Source of the DNA: Lama glama
Taxonomy: Eukaryota
NCBI GenBank assembly: GCA_028534125.1
Contig: CM052816.1
Span: forward strand, 34,350,001 to 34,414,000
Length of the DNA: 64,000 bases
Direction of reading: 5' to 3'
Position 1 is the stretch's first letter. Each line of letters starts with the position of its first letter. A program made the translations under genes and the position numbers. Under the pieces are notes generated by a model, which was not told where the DNA came from, made no database searches, and saw nothing but the letters and a program-made list of their open reading frames with translations. Positions 62,136 to 64,000 of this stretch are shown here, in pieces.

Positions 62136-64000
62136 AAAACATTACAGAAAAATAGAGCAAGATATAAATATAGATATAGATGCCAAACACTAAGCTGATT
62201 GCAAGATGGATTTGCTACTGAAGGCACCATCTCATATTTCATTCGGGGTGCATGGCTGAGCTCCCATATTGTTGTGGGCTCCAAAGACGTGACCACGAAT
62301 CATTGTGCTTTCACTACAAAGAAAGACTGCTGATTTTGTGAGGCCTTAATTCTTTTTGAATTTACTCAATTTTTTTTTTTAGTAAAATTTCTCTTACGCA
62401 ACCTACCAATCAGGAAGAATAGGTGACTGTTTAATTGTAAAAAGTCTATGAAAGCAGCAAACCGTTTTCAAAAATTATACGTATGTGGCTAAAATACTTC
62501 TTTTCCCTTGAAACTTTGTGTACTTTCTTTGAGTGGGTGTTTGCCAACTGGAGTTACACGTTGTCTTTCTCACATCAAGCACCCATACAACCCATACATC
62601 ACCAATTATTTCCAGATTTAGTTTCTTTAAAGTGGAAAGTGCATTTCTTCTGGATGTTTACTTCTTTTCAATCATTTACAGGTGTCTCGCCCACTAATTT
62701 TACATAGACTTTTTAAGCACTTGACTTTATTGAGTTCTTCCAGAGAATTCAACTTATTTTTCATAGGGAAAAAACTCTTTCCTTGTATGTATCATCAGCT
62801 TATGTAATATTTCATTAAGGTCTACAATTACAGTCTGAAGAACTGGGCGGCAGAGACTTGGAAAAAAATGCAATCGGCTCTCGGTTAGCACACAGCTCAC
62901 CAAGGAAGCAGAAGCACAAGGGTGTGATGCTGGGTGGCCGACTGGCTGTATGCAGTCAGTGTCCACGGGCTTTGGCCTCCATGTGTTAGAGGCGACATGG
63001 GAGAGCACCAGTTAACTCTGCGGGGATTTGGGTGTCGCTAAGTAGAGATCTTTAAAAGATCTTCTGTATTGACTTATTTTCAGCCAACAAAAAAAGATGT
63101 GATTCTCTCCAAGGATAAAAATATCCTTCAGGTGATGGATATTAAGTTTTTACAAAATTTACCAGATTAGAAGTGATGATTTGGTTACCAGGAAATTGAG
63201 TGCCTCTTATGTGCAGGCACAGCTCTATGTACTAGGTAGGGCACAGACAGATTCCATCACCATGGGTCTAGTTCTGTGGTGAGACTCCTGGATCCCCCTT
63301 CTCTACTCCAGGAGAATCCACAAAAAAAAAAAAAAAAAAAAAAGAGAAAGAAAAAATAAAAGCTCCCTCAACTCAGGAAGCAAGGAATTAATTCAAGGCT
63401 GTCCTGTTTTCTTCTGAAGAACTGGAAGGGTGAAAAGGAGGAAATTTTTTACCCTGTGTCTAGTTAAATGATGTTATCATTTGCCACATGTACAACATGT
63501 TGTTTATGGTACAGTCAATTGATCATGACGCTGGAAACCTAGTGATAGATGGGACGTGGCTGTAGCAGCAGTAGCAAAACAAGGAAAAATAGCCATAATT
63601 AACATATGGAGGCACACTGATGCAATTTTGTGTCTTCTTTTATTTAAGCAATTTTCTAAATTTGAGATGATTCCTTTAATTAATCATAGAGCCAAGGCTT
63701 TTTAGTTTTCAGTATTTATCTCTACCTTCAAATTACATTTAAAAAAAAAAAGACTGCTGCTGCTTTTAGCAGAAAGAGCCTTGCCTTAAAGTGGGAAAGC
63801 GATTGGGAAGATTCCTAAAATGTTTGGGTTCAAGAACACAGCTGTAGGTTCCAGCGCTGATCCCGGCATTGCCTACCCCTCTAACTGGGGCTACCCCTCT
63901 CTTTGATTGTAATCTGTATCCACTGCCCTCCTTCCTTGGCTCCCATCCCCACAAGGCGGGCCGTCGTCCCCTCTGCAGACACGCACCCACCTCCAAGCCT

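Noticed and set aside
63840..64000. Rising GC/CpG content at the window end
   Set aside because: Too short to call; it may be the edge of a feature outside the window.
1..64000. CRISPR arrays, operons or other prokaryotic systems
   Set aside because: The sequence is mammalian repeat-rich DNA with no regularly spaced repeat-spacer array and no gene-dense ORF structure.

Overview
Mammalian non-coding DNA, most likely camelid: it carries two Vic-1-type tRNA-derived SINEs and short L1 3' tails of the camelid type. I recognise no host protein-coding exon, rRNA, true tRNA or CRISPR array, so the window is intergenic or intronic. It is dominated by old interspersed repeats (L1, L2, MIR, MLT1/MLT2 LTRs, Tigger, MER45, MER5A, MADE2), often nested. 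The only ORFs with recognisable homology are transposon relics: L1 ORF2 C-termini, a Tigger7 transposase fragment, and gammaretrovirus-like pol and env fragments. The most notable locus is 39330-42600. It holds a ~2.1 kb doubly deleted class-I ERV (LTR / RT-tether fragment / env-TM tail / PPT / LTR) and a third related LTR 0.7 kb downstream. The 5' LTR has become a CpG-island-like element with YY1 and Sp1 motifs and has lost its poly(A) signal. Smaller structural oddities are a TSD-flanked polyadenylated retrocopy ending in an MLT1 LTR, a ~30-bp micro-inversion inside an L1, a ~30-bp templated insertion, two ultra-short L1 tail insertions with TSDs, and a motif-rich 287-bp solo LTR. Repeat family names come from recalled consensus similarity rather than a database search, and most repeat boundaries are approximate. 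The sequence alone does not demonstrate a new biological system; the ERV/CpG-island locus is the best candidate for follow-up.
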